DNA from: Eledone cirrhosa
Taxonomy: Eukaryota
Reading direction: 5' to 3'
Assembly (NCBI GenBank): GCA_964016885.1
Contig: OZ024741.1
Span: forward strand, 233,430,001-233,494,000
Length of the DNA: 64,000 bases
Made by a program: the position numbers and the translations under genes. Each line of letters starts with the position of its first letter. Within the stretch, counting starts at the first letter, position 1. The notes under the pieces were generated by a model. It had not been told where the DNA came from. It searched no databases and saw only the letters and a list, made by a program, of their open reading frames with translations. Shown piece after piece: positions 13,092 through 23,824 of the stretch.

Positions 13092-13378
13092 GTGGAGGCA
13101 CGTGGCCTAGTGGTAAGAGTGTTGGACTTACGATCATAATGTCATGGGTTCGATTCTTGTGCTGCTTGTTGTGTTCTTGAGCAAAACACTTCATTTCACG
13201 TTGCTCCAGTATACTCAGCTGAAAATGAGTACCAGCAATAGCTGGAGATTTAACCCTGCGATGGACTGGCATCCTGTCCAGGGGGGAGTCTTGTACTCTC
13301 AGTCGCTTCACTCCATGAAACTGGGATAAGCACCGGCCAAATGAGCCTTCTGGATTAAGACAGACTTTAGACTTTTTT
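13092..13378 (+). mobile_element. tRNA-derived CORE SINE with a different (V-domain-like) 3' half
   Basis: A-box tggcctagtgg, B-box gggttcgattc, a CORE-like segment, then ccctgcgatggactggcatcctgtccagggg and an (agacttt)n tail. Confidence 0.8.
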
Positions 13379-13501
13379 TAGATATGTGTATATATATATA
13401 TATATATGTATTTATGTATGTATGTATATATGTATATATATATATATACAGTTGTGATAAAATGAAAACGAAATTTCATTTCTCACTATATACATACATA
13501 C

Positions 13502-13547
<46 letters not shown>

Positions 13548-13617
13548 ATATATATGTTTGTATGTATATATATGTACGTATATATATATATGTATGTATA
13601 TGTATATATATGTATGT

Positions 13618-14025
13618 ATCATCATCATCATTATTGTCGTTTAACACGTCCATCTTCCACGCTAGCATGGGTTTGGGCAAGAATTTTCCCACTTGAGGCA
13701 AGATTGGTTGTCTTGCTCGTATAGGACTGTCTGGCGGGTTTTCTACGGCTGGATGCCCTTCCTAACACCAACCACGTTTACAGTGTGGACTGGGAGGTTT
13801 TTACCGTGTTACCTACACGGCCACATTACAGCGTGGACTGTGTGTTTTTTTGTCGTGACACCTACACTACCTCATTTGTTTCGGACTGGATGTTGTGGTA
13901 CCAACATAACTTTACATTGAAAGGGGTGGTGTGGATGAGGTGGGGGTAGTGGGACGGGGTGGTGTATTTTTGTTAGAGGTGCCTACTGACTGTAGGTTTC
14001 GCTTTGTACTTAGGCAAGGCGGGTC
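13618..14025 (-). mobile_element. RTE 3' UTR fragment
   Basis: Near-identical to 1903-2290, with a (CAT)n tail. Confidence 0.9.
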
Positions 14026-14077
14026 TGTATATGTATGTATATATATATGTATGTATGTATGTATATATATATGTATG

Positions 14078-14157
<80 letters not shown>

Positions 14158-14215
14158 TGTATATATATGTATGTATATATATATGTATATATATGTATGT
14201 GTATATATATGTATG

Positions 14216-14255
<40 letters not shown>

Positions 14256-14424
14256 TATCATCATCATCACCGTTTTACGTCCGTTCTTCCACGCTAGCAT
14301 GGGTTAGACGGGTTGTCCTGTTGTGGGCAGTGTCTGGTCGGCTGACCATGCCTTGCTCATACAGGAACTGATCTGGCTTGATTTTTACAGCTGGATGCCC
14401 TTCCTAACACCAATATATGTATGT

Positions 14425-14465
<41 letters not shown>

Positions 14466-14466
<1 letters not shown>

Positions 14467-15920
14467 TAATTTGCGTAATAATTTATTTAGCTCTTGTAAA
14501 CATTGTTTAAACTCAACTTTTAGATATATGTAATATATGGTTAATCTCCTTTACATAACGTTTTCTATATCCAACCACCTAGAACTTCATCCCTCAGATT
14601 ATATCTATATATGATTCATATTTATTTAATTTACTTTCTATTATCTCTATTTCATAAATATACTTTTATATAACTACTTGAAATTCTATTAAGAAAAATT
14701 TTCCTTGATAGACTTTCTGAAAGTTTTAGAAAATTCTTGGTAAATCCTTTGAAAGATATGGAAAAACCATTATTTTCATATCTTCCAATATTTTATATCT
14801 TCTTCAAACATTTTTAATATATATCCAAATATTTATATATATATATATGTGGAATGACATATGGTTTTTATATATATGTGGAATAACCTATGGTTTATCT
14901 TTTAATTATATTCTTAAGATAAATTTATGACTTCTTATAAAATAACATATGGTTTATGTTTTAATTATATTCTTAAGATAAATTTTTTAACTTTATAACA
15001 TTTATGACTTCTCATAAAAAATTTTTTTTAAATTCTTTAAAAGGTTTTTTTTAATGTATCCCTGGAGTCATTTGAGTTCTTAAAAAATCACTTCTAACTT
15101 CCTTTATACTTCCTTACTGTTTTTATAATCTAATTAAGTAGTTATTCCTTTGTAAAGTCTCGTAAATTTTCATAAATTTGGAATTATTTGGATGTTTAAG
15201 TTTTGACTTACAACTATTAATAAATATAATTTTGCCAAACTTACTTTAATCTAATAAACTATACTAGATTTTCTCTAATGTAAAATACTATACATTTAAA
15301 TAATTTATAATCCATAACATACACATCTAAACCAATATATCATTACTAATACATCTTAATATAATATAAATACTTCTGTTTTAATTTTAATTTTTAATTT
15401 TTAATTTTTAATTTTAATCTAATTTTTCAACTTATCATTATAGATATTATAATCACAACGTAATGAACCCGACATTCTAAATATTATTCTTCCACGTTAA
15501 TCTTATTCTTCTTTCACTTCTTCTTTCACTTAGATATATTTACGCTCTGTTTATTTCCTCGTTCACTTTGACTATCTTCACTATCACTATGTATAATCAT
15601 TCTTTCTTTCTTCTTCTCTCTTTCTCCTTCCTTTTCTTCTCTCTGCCTTACATATCCTCTTCTTCCAACAGTTTAATTTAAATAAACCGTTATCTTTCAA
15701 CTTTTCGGACACTCATTTGCATACTCACTCATAACTTTGTATTACCCTCAATAAAATATTATCTCCACTATCCAGGAAGCTCCAACCGTTAAGGTTGTCT
15801 TTTTTCCGGGTATGTCAATATTTATTTATAAAACAAATCTGTATTTTATCTGATGAAAGCACACCATAATTTGCCTTGGTTGCCCTTGAAATATATATAA
15901 TAAAATAAATATGGTTTTAT
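14466..15920 (+). mobile_element. Highly decayed, AT-rich Penelope-like element ending in a hammerhead-bearing terminus
   Basis: Only traces of coding motifs remain (NFLDI-like ~14515, SNH ~14570, I(T)WF-like ~14860-14955). The terminal 15765-15920 segment is clearly homologous to the fold-back arm and contains a hammerhead motif. Confidence 0.45.
15842..15907 (+). ncRNA. Minimal type-I hammerhead ribozyme motif (same family as 11964-12027)
   Basis: tattttat CTGATGA aagcacacca...tggttgccctt GAAA tatatata ataaaata. The core and stems I and III are identical to 11964-12027 while the stem II sequence has diverged. Confidence 0.75.
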
Positions 15921-16155
15921 TAATATATTGTATACATATATATATATATATATATGTGTATATATATGTATTTATATGGATGTATGTATACATTGACAGT
16001 GTGGGCTGGGTGCTTTTTGCCATGTCTTTTTCCTGTCCACTTTACCGTGTGGGCTGGGGGTGGGGCAAACTACATATGCTTCAGCTTGTGCTCGTGGGAA
16101 GCAGGGTCTTCTGTATTAATGCATATCACCAGAGATCCCAGTCATGTGTCATATA

Positions 16156-16900
16156 TCATCATCATTGTCGTTTAACGTCCATCTTCCAACCTAGCATGGG
16201 TTAGACGCTTTTGTTTCATTTGATGCGGGAATGGTCAGGAGACCATATCTTGCTCGCATGGAAGCGTCTCTGGCATGTTTTTTTACAGCTGGATGCCCTT
16301 CCTAACACCAACCACATTTACAGTGTGGACTGGGAGCCTGTTCACCGTGTCTCCTACACGGCCACCTTACAGTGTGGACTGTTGTGTCATCGACACAGTG
16401 GACAGGAAGGGAGGGGTAGGGTGTGGCGGTGAGGTGTACATTGAGTTAAGAGGTGCCTACTGTATGCAATGGCAGTCGGGTCTTCTGTACAACTGCATGG
16501 CCCCAAAAGTCTCGATCCAGTGTCATTGTCTTAGAGAGGTGTAGGTTGGCAAGGTCAGTTTTTATCACCTCGTCCCAGGTTTTTCTTGGTCTACCCACTC
16601 CGCAGCTTCCATCAATTTTCATTGCCCTGCACTTTTTTATCTAACACTGTCGTCCTTCATACTCATCACATATCCATACCAATACAATCTCATCTCCAGA
16701 ACACAACATTTGATACCTCTTATGCTTAGTCTCCCTCTTAGTTCGTTTATGCTTCATCTTTCGTGCACATTACTATTACAGATCCATCGGAGCATGCAAG
16801 CTTCATTTCTTTCTAATCTACGCAGGTCTTCAGCACACAATGCCCAAGTCTCACTACCATGTAATATCGCCGTTTGTATACATGCATCATACAATCTGCC
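16156..16900 (-). mobile_element. 5'-truncated RTE LINE
   Basis: Homologous to the intact copy from GRLYDACI..GSETW to the 3' tail. Confidence 0.9.
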
Positions 16901-16979
16901 TATATTTAATATAGAAATGGCTTCTACAGGACTAGTACCTTACTTAATGTGGTTACCCCCGATTGAACCCAGGATAAAC

Positions 16980-17011
<32 letters not shown>

Positions 17012-17263
17012 GGATGTATATGCATATAGATGTTTGTGCTTATATAGAGAGAGAGATAGCTGTGTGTATGTATGTATGTTTGTGTATTTATAAGTGTTCT
17101 GCCTAGTCAGTGAGAATTTATAACCATCTTAGAAGATATTACCTTTGATTAACTTGCACATCAATATTTTGGTCTCTGAAACAACCATAAAACAATGGAT
17201 TAATTGGTTTTTCTTATTTTTTATTTAACATTATGTGTATACTTGTTTATAACATATATATGT

Positions 17264-20200
17264 CATCATCATCATCATCACCGTTTTACGTCCGTTCTTC
17301 CACGCTAGCATGGGTTAGACGGGTTGTCCTGTTGTGGGCAGTGTCTGGTCGGCTGACCATGCCTTGCTCATACAGGAACTGATCTGGCTTGATTTCTACA
17401 GCTGGATGCCCTTCCTAACACCAACCTCATTTACAGTGAGTGCTGGGTGCTTTTTCGTGGCGCCTACACGTCCACTTTACAGTGTGGGCTGGGTGCTTTT
17501 TTGCCGTGGCACCTCCACGACCACCTTGCGGTGGGGGGGGGGGGGGCATATTGTTTATATGCTTCAGCATGTACCCATGGGAGGTCGGGTACCCTGTATT
17601 ACTGCGTGACGCCAGAAGTCACGGTCGTGTGTCATTGACTTTGAGAGGTGTAGTTGGGTAAGGTCGGCTTTTATCACCTCATCCCAAGTCATCTTGGGTC
17701 TCCCCACTCCGCGGTTTCCATCAACTTCTAGTGCTCTGCACCTTTTTATGCAGCTGTCATCCTTCATACGCATCACATGTCCATACCAGCGTAACCGCCT
17801 CTCCTGCACGCAGCATTTGATTCCTCTTATGCTCAGTCTCTCTCTCAATTCATTTATGCTTTGTCGTTCACGTATATTACTGTTACACATCCATCGGAGC
17901 ATGCAGGCTTCGTTTCTCTCTAATCTACGTAAGTCTTCCACCTTCAGCGCCCAGGTCTCACTACCATGCAACATCGCTGTTCGGATACACGCATCATACA
18001 GTCTGCCTTTCATTCTGAGGGAGAAGCCTTTTGCAGCTAGCAGTGGTAGTAGTTCCCTAAACTTCTTCCATCCCGTTCTTACCCTAGTTATTGTACTTTC
18101 TGAGCACCCACCTCCGTTGCTAATTCGGTCACCTAGGTAGCAGAAGCTGTCTACTGTTTCTACAGGGCCCTCCCAGAGATTGGTGGTACTTGTTTCCTGT
18201 GGCTGTTTGCTTGCTGTTTCAGCACAGCTGCTGCATGTGAATCCTACATTCTTAATTAAGCTTCCTGAGATCCCGCTACATCTCTTGTGTACCCATTGTT
18301 TGCATTTGGGGCAAAGAATGGAGTTCCTACCTACACCTTTCCTACATACTGAGCAAGGCCATTTCCCTGAGGGGATCTGGGTTCTGTTTTCTCGTCTACT
18401 TATAAGGACCTTAGTCTTTGTCATGTTGACTTTGAGGCCCTTTCTCTCTAGTCCCTGCTTCCAGGTTTGGAATTTATTCTCTAGTTCTACCATAGATTCA
18501 GCTATGAGTGCGAGGTCATCAGCATACAGGAGTTCCCATGGGCATCCGGTCTTAAACTCCTCCGTTATTGCCTGCAGGACTATGATGAACAGGAGAGGGC
18601 TAAGAACAGAGCCCTGGTGGACCCCAACCTGTACGCTAAATTCCTCGCTATACTCATTGCCAATCCTAACTTTGCTGACTGCTCCCCTATACATGGCTTG
18701 TACCGCTTTCACAAGCCATTCATCTACTCCTAGTTTTCTAAGAGCCCACCAGATTACTGCACGTGGAACTCTGTCAAAGGCTTTCTCAAGGTCGACAAAT
18801 GCCAAGTAGAGTGGCTTACTTTTAGCTAGGTACTTTTCCTGTAATTGCCTCACAAGGAAGAGCGCATCAGTGGTGCCTTTCCCTGGAACAAACCCAAATT
18901 GCATCTCGTCTATATTCACCCGGTCCCTAATCAGCTGTGCTATAACTCTTTCTGTTACTTTCATGACCTGGTCCATCAACTTTATACCTCTATAGTTTCC
19001 TCTATCTAGTGCATCGCCTTTACCTTTGTAGCAGTTGACAATGATGCTACTGCACCAATCTTTTGGTATGGCCCCCTCTAGTATTACCTGGTTAACGATA
19101 CGTGTGGTTATAGTGTGACCTACAGACCCAGATGCCTTCAGCATCTCGGCAGCTATACCCGATGGACCGGTTGCCTTCCCTATCTTCATATCTCTGATTG
19201 CCTTACTTACTACGCTGCCGCTGACTTGTACTGCTGGTCCCTCTATAGGGTCTACGTGGGGTAGGGTCTCTTCTTCCCATGCATTCTCCTCATTTAGTAA
19301 TCTATCATAATGACTCTTCCATGCATCTTTCTTCTCAGCACTTGTGAGGGCAAGCTCACCTTTATCATTCCGGATACACTTCTCTCCAATGACATCACAA
19401 CTATCTCTGACACACTGCCTCGCAATCTTGAATACCTCCTGTTTCTGGTCCTCACGTTGTAAAACATGCTTGAATTTTCTATCCTCTGCTTCCCTCCTAG
19501 CTAAGTATACTTGTCGCCTAGCTTCCCTCTTGGTCTCTATGTAATGTACCCTGCTCCCCCCGTTCTTCCATTCTTTCCATGCCTGTCTCTTGGCCTTGAC
19601 TGCTTCATCTACCTTATTGTTCCACCACCAAGTCACTCTCCTCCTGCTTGAGGTCTTACTCCAGCCACAAACCTCATCCGTCGCCTCTAGTAAGTTATTT
19701 TTTAGGAACTCCCAGTTCTCTTCTACGTTAAATGTCTCTATCTGTTCTTCTTTACTGTCGTAGGCGTTGAGTAAAATATCTTTAAATCTGTTACTGGTTG
19801 AGGGGACTTTCAGCTTCCAGATCTTTCTTCTCCAGGTTGGCCTCTGTTTCAGGGCTCGTCTAGTTCTGACCGTGAGGTCGCTGACAACTAAGCTATGTTG
19901 GGATGTACATTCCTCACTAGGGAAGGCTTTTGTGTTTACGACCGTCCATCTGTCACGTCCTCTGATGAGGATAAAATCTAACTGACTAGAGTGCTCCCCT
20001 GATCTATAGGTGATCAGGTGGTTGTCGGGTTTTTTAAAGTTTGTGTTACATATCGACATGTCATTGGCGTCGCAGAATTCTAGAAGTCTGAATCCTTCCT
20101 CATTCCTTGTGCCAACTCCATGGCCTCCATGTACTCTATTGAAGCCGTCGCAGTGTTTACCTACGTGTCCGTTAAAATCTCCTGCAATGATTAGGAAGTC

Positions 20201-21480
20201 CTTGTCGTCTGTTAGAGCAGTAGTGTGTATTAGGGACTCGTAAAACCTATCCTTAAGTTCGTCTGGCAGCCCCGATTGGGGTGCGTAAGCTGATATTATT
20301 GTGGTAATTGTCTTATTCAGGACTAGTCTGAGTTTAATGATTCTTGCATTTACCCTGTACACTGAGATTACTTTATCTACCCACTTGTCAGCTAATAGTA
20401 TACCTACACCACCCATCCCATCGTCATTTCCCACCCAGAAAAATTTGTAGCACTGGCTTTTTCCTACAAGGACTCTAGCAGACCCTCCTCTCCATCTAGT
20501 CTCTTGCACACAGCATACATCAACTTCCTTTCGCTCTAGCATTTCTACGATTTCTCCTGCTCTTCCTTTCATTGAGCCTACATTGATGGTACCAACTCGG
20601 AGTTTTGGGCATTTGTCGACACTCGTAGGGGAGGGTCTCTGGGTTGGCGCTTCACGTGGGTGCTTGGTAGCTCGCAGATTCATATTTCATCTATTGATTC
20701 AGAGTTGCTCGTGTATTCCCAGCTCATCCATCCCTAACGGTGGGAAAATTGAGGGCTAGAAGGACAGTGGTGGTGGGGTAATGGCAGGGTGTGTTGGGAT
20801 GCGCCAGAGGAGGAGAGAGTTAGTTAGGCAGGTAGTAGCAGCAGCAGCAGTGGAAATGGCATGCTAGGTTTGATTGGTCGAATAGACTATGGTGGTGTGT
20901 GGGGGTGGGGGGGGAGGGAAATTGTGAGGTAGGAACTGAGGGTCGCATGGTAAATATCCAAGTTAATACTACATCAGTAAAATTAACAATAATAACGTCA
21001 TGAAAAAAGCTACTAAGAGAAACCCTCGAAAATTTATCGCTAATACAGCAGGGAAAATTTAACGCTAATACAGCAGGGAACATCATAATATTAACGACAT
21101 GAAAAAGCTACTAAGAGAAACCCTCGAAAATTTATCGCTAATACAGCAGGGAAAATTTAACGCTAATACAGCAGGGAACATCATAATATTAACGACAATA
21201 TGTAGGCTAAAATACCTTCGTAGATTAGGTGGATGGCTGGCTGGGAAAATTTGAATCAGCTCTAGTGGTACATTTTAGCAGAGAAGAATGGCAAAGTGTC
21301 TTATCTCTTCAATATTTTCAGATTGAATGAATTAGGTTAAAGACAGGGTAGTAAGCCTTAAAGAAGTGCATAGAGGGGGGGGGGGTAGGAACTGAGGGTC
21401 GCATGGTAAATAACTGAGAGAGATACAATAGGATTAGAATACCGCATGGTAAATATCCAAGTTAATAAGTTAATACTATG
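17264..21480 (-). mobile_element. Apparently full-length RTE-clade LINE (5' boundary approximate)
   Basis: Intact ORF, a 300-nt 3' UTR ending in a (GAT)n tail, and an ~800-nt putative 5' region with internal duplications. No TSD was identified. Confidence 0.9.
17564..20683 (-). CDS. RTE LINE ORF: AP endonuclease, reverse transcriptase and PHD-type zinc finger (1039 aa)
   Basis: APE motifs GTINVGS, VQETRW, SAYAPQ, GDFNGHVG, LDFIL. RT motifs NYRGIKL, QFGF, FVDLEKAFDRV, GVHQGSVLSPLLF, YADD, YLG. Zinc finger CSVC..CPKC..H..C..CSSC. C-terminal RLRWYGHVMRM..GRPKMTW. Confidence 0.98.
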   Translation of the reverse strand: MNLRATKHPREAPTQRPSPTSVDKCPKLRVGTINVGSMKGRAGEIVEMLERKEVDVCCVQETRWRGGSARVLVGKSQCYKFFWVGNDDGMGGVGILLADKWVDKVISVYRVNARIIKLRLVLNKTITTIISAYAPQSGLPDELKDRFYESLIHTTALTDDKDFLIIAGDFNGHVGKHCDGFNRVHGGHGVGTRNEEGFRLLEFCDANDMSICNTNFKKPDNHLITYRSGEHSSQLDFILIRGRDRWTVVNTKAFPSEECTSQHSLVVSDLTVRTRRALKQRPTWRRKIWKLKVPSTSNRFKDILLNAYDSKEEQIETFNVEENWEFLKNNLLEATDEVCGWSKTSSRRRVTWWWNNKVDEAVKAKRQAWKEWKNGGSRVHYIETKREARRQVYLARREAEDRKFKHVLQREDQKQEVFKIARQCVRDSCDVIGEKCIRNDKGELALTSAEKKDAWKSHYDRLLNEENAWEEETLPHVDPIEGPAVQVSGSVVSKAIRDMKIGKATGPSGIAAEMLKASGSVGHTITTRIVNQVILEGAIPKDWCSSIIVNCYKGKGDALDRGNYRGIKLMDQVMKVTERVIAQLIRDRVNIDEMQFGFVPGKGTTDALFLVRQLQEKYLAKSKPLYLAFVDLEKAFDRVPRAVIWWALRKLGVDEWLVKAVQAMYRGAVSKVRIGNEYSEEFSVQVGVHQGSVLSPLLFIIVLQAITEEFKTGCPWELLYADDLALIAESMVELENKFQTWKQGLERKGLKVNMTKTKVLISRRENRTQIPSGKWPCSVCRKGVGRNSILCPKCKQWVHKRCSGISGSLIKNVGFTCSSCAETASKQPQETSTTNLWEGPVETVDSFCYLGDRISNGGGCSESTITRVRTGWKKFRELLPLLAAKGFSLRMKGRLYDACIRTAMLHGSETWALKVEDLRRLERNEACMLRWMCNSNIRERQSINELRERLSIRGIKCCVQERRLRWYGHVMRMKDDSCIKRCRALEVDGNRGVGRPKMTWDEVIKADLTQLHLSKSMTHDRDFWRHAVIQGTRPPMGTC

Positions 21481-21706
21481 TGTGTGTAGGATATCTGTAG
21501 ATAAAAAACCAAGGAAAACGATGCTCAATTTATTGCAAGCGAGCTTAATTAATATAATTAAAATTCATACACTTAACAAATATGCCCGACATTAGTTTTC
21601 GGGGTCCAGTTATGGCCACTACTCTATAGTGGAGGAGCCTTTCGAAAACTGGTCTCTCATTGGGTGCTAGAACAAAATTATTAGCTTGTTTTTATTTTAT
21701 AGAAGG

Positions 21707-21757
21707 AGCTTCTACAGGACTAGTACTGTTTCATTCAGATGGAATCTTCAGGAAGCT
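21707..21757 (-). ncRNA. Minimal type-I hammerhead ribozyme motif (mirror copy)
   Basis: The minus strand reads agcttc CTGAAGA ttccatctgaat GAAA c agtacta GTC ctgta gaagct. Confidence 0.75.
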
Positions 21758-22441
21758 GGGTGTCATATTAAGTTCTGGTATTTATACATTTAGGTAGTGG
21801 TAAGGGGGGGGGTGATGGATTGGGGGGGGGGGATGGTATTTAGATACATAGGACCACTTCATGGCACAGGCCATTTTTTCTTTGGGGAGTGGTCAATTAG
21901 CCAGAGTGCTTTTTGAAATAAATAAATAAGTAAATAAATAAATAAATGAATAAATAGATAAATGAATAAATAAATAAAATAAATAAAAAATAAATAAATA
22001 AAAAAAAGTAATTCAACAGATATATAGTAGGGAAATTTTTTAGGTGGGTTGGTAATAGAAATTAAACATTTAACAAGACCAAATCATGGCACAGACTGGG
22101 GTGAGTGGTCAAGTTAACATACAAGCCACAGGTGGCCAGAGTGTTTTTGTATATATATCTGTTGAATTACTTTTTTTTATTTATTTATTTTTTATTTATT
22201 TTATTTATTTATTCATTTATCTATTTATTCATTTAGTTATTTATTTACTTATTTATTTATTTCAAAAAGCACTCTGGCTTATTGACCACTCCCCAAAGAA
22301 AAAACGGCCTGTGCCATGAAGTGGTCCTATGTATCTAAATACCATCCCCCCCACCCCACCCCAATCCACCACCACCCCAATCCACCACCCCTCCCTTACC
22401 ACTACCTAAATGTATAAATACCAGAACTTAATATGACACCC

Positions 22442-22492
22442 AGCTTCCTGAAGATTTCATCTGAATGAAACAGTACTAGTCCAGTAGAAGCT
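22442..22492 (+). ncRNA. Minimal type-I hammerhead ribozyme motif
   Basis: agcttc CTGAAGA tttcatctgaat GAAA c agtacta GTC cagta gaagct. It has a GUC triplet and a palindromic agtact in the stem III loop. Confidence 0.75.
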
Positions 22493-23042
22493 CCTTCTAT
22501 AAAATAAAAAAATTTTACTCTGCCATGTATTGAGTACCTTACTTACTGGGGTTATCCCCGACTCAACCCGGGACCTACGTGGACGAGTGGTTACTCCTTC
22601 ATTATGTTTATTGGTTGGTGACGCGCATTTCGCTACCGATCAGATCAAGGTTTGATCTGTATCGATCTAGCCCGACTCTATAATCAACGGCTCGTCGGAC
22701 CCTTTTTAGTGGTAATGATAGAATGAATATACATGGCGTACAAGAAAGTCTAATGTTCCTATGCTGGTCAGTGAAATTTAGTTTGATTGGTGGATTAATT
22801 CTAAAGAATGTTTTCACCTGTAGTGTAGGTGGGGATACATATATATATACAAGGGGAAGCTTAGTAAAGTCGAAGCTTTGGTTGTGGCCAAGCAGAGTCG
22901 ACCTACAATAAGGAATGAGTAGCAAAGCACTCAATAAGGATAGGTCCTTAGAGTAATAACATTACGTTTAAATAGCTTGACAAATTGAAAATTGCGGTAG
23001 GCAAAACCCAACCATACACTACCAAAACAACGAAAGAATATG

Positions 23043-23075
<33 letters not shown>

Positions 23076-23280
23076 ACACATGCGTATATACATATATTTA
23101 CAGTCCCGTAAGAGCAATGTATGGTGTGGCCAATTCTGGCCAGACTTGTCTCCCGACATGGATGACCCATCTAACCCATGCAAGCATGGAAAATGGATGC
23201 TAAACGGCGAAGACGATGATGATGATATATATGTGTGTGTGTGTGTACAAGGAAAGTGTCATATATATATATATATATAT

Positions 23281-23665
23281 CATCATCATCATCAAATTAA
23301 CATCCATTTTTCCATGGTAGCTTGGGTTAGGCAAGTTGCCCCTTTGTGAGATGAGTCAGATAAGATGACCATGTCTTGTTCATACAGAACTGTTCCTGTC
23401 AACTAAATTTGCCGTGTGGACTTGGGGCTTTTTATTGTGGCACCAAAACGACCACTTTACTGTGTGGACTAGACGCTTTTTGTCATGACACAAGCACAAC
23501 CACTTTACAGTGTTGACTGGGTGCTTTTTGTCATGATACAAACACTACCTCTTTACAGTGTGGAATGGGTGCTTTTTGTCATGACACAAACACACCCACT
23601 TTACAGTGAGGAATGGGTGCTTTTTTATCTTGGCACCACAACGACCACTTTACAGTGGTGCTGGT
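23281..23665 (-). mobile_element. RTE 3' UTR derivative with an expanded ~39-bp subrepeat
   Basis: About six tandem units of ccactttacagtgtggactgggtgctttttgtcatgacacaa after a (CAT)n tail. Confidence 0.75.
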
Positions 23666-23824
23666 GAAGAGGCTTGCACACCAGCACCACTGTATATAGG
23701 GTGAGGATTAGAGAGGTAGATCTAGGGTGGGGCACTTATCTGTTGGAGTGTAAGGGTGTGGGTGAAGGATGGAATGTCAGGACATGGATGGAGATTAAAG
23801 TGTTATATATATATTTACATATAT

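Larger units (their letters stand above)
21689..22510. mobile_element. Fold-back element (~340-bp arms, ~125-bp spacer) with a terminal hammerhead in each arm
   Basis: 21689-22026 is the reverse complement of 22152-22510 with few differences. Confidence 0.85.

Noticed and set aside
17694-20243. Plus-strand ORFs overlapping the RTE
   Set aside because: Antisense shadows of the LINE ORF with no independent motifs.
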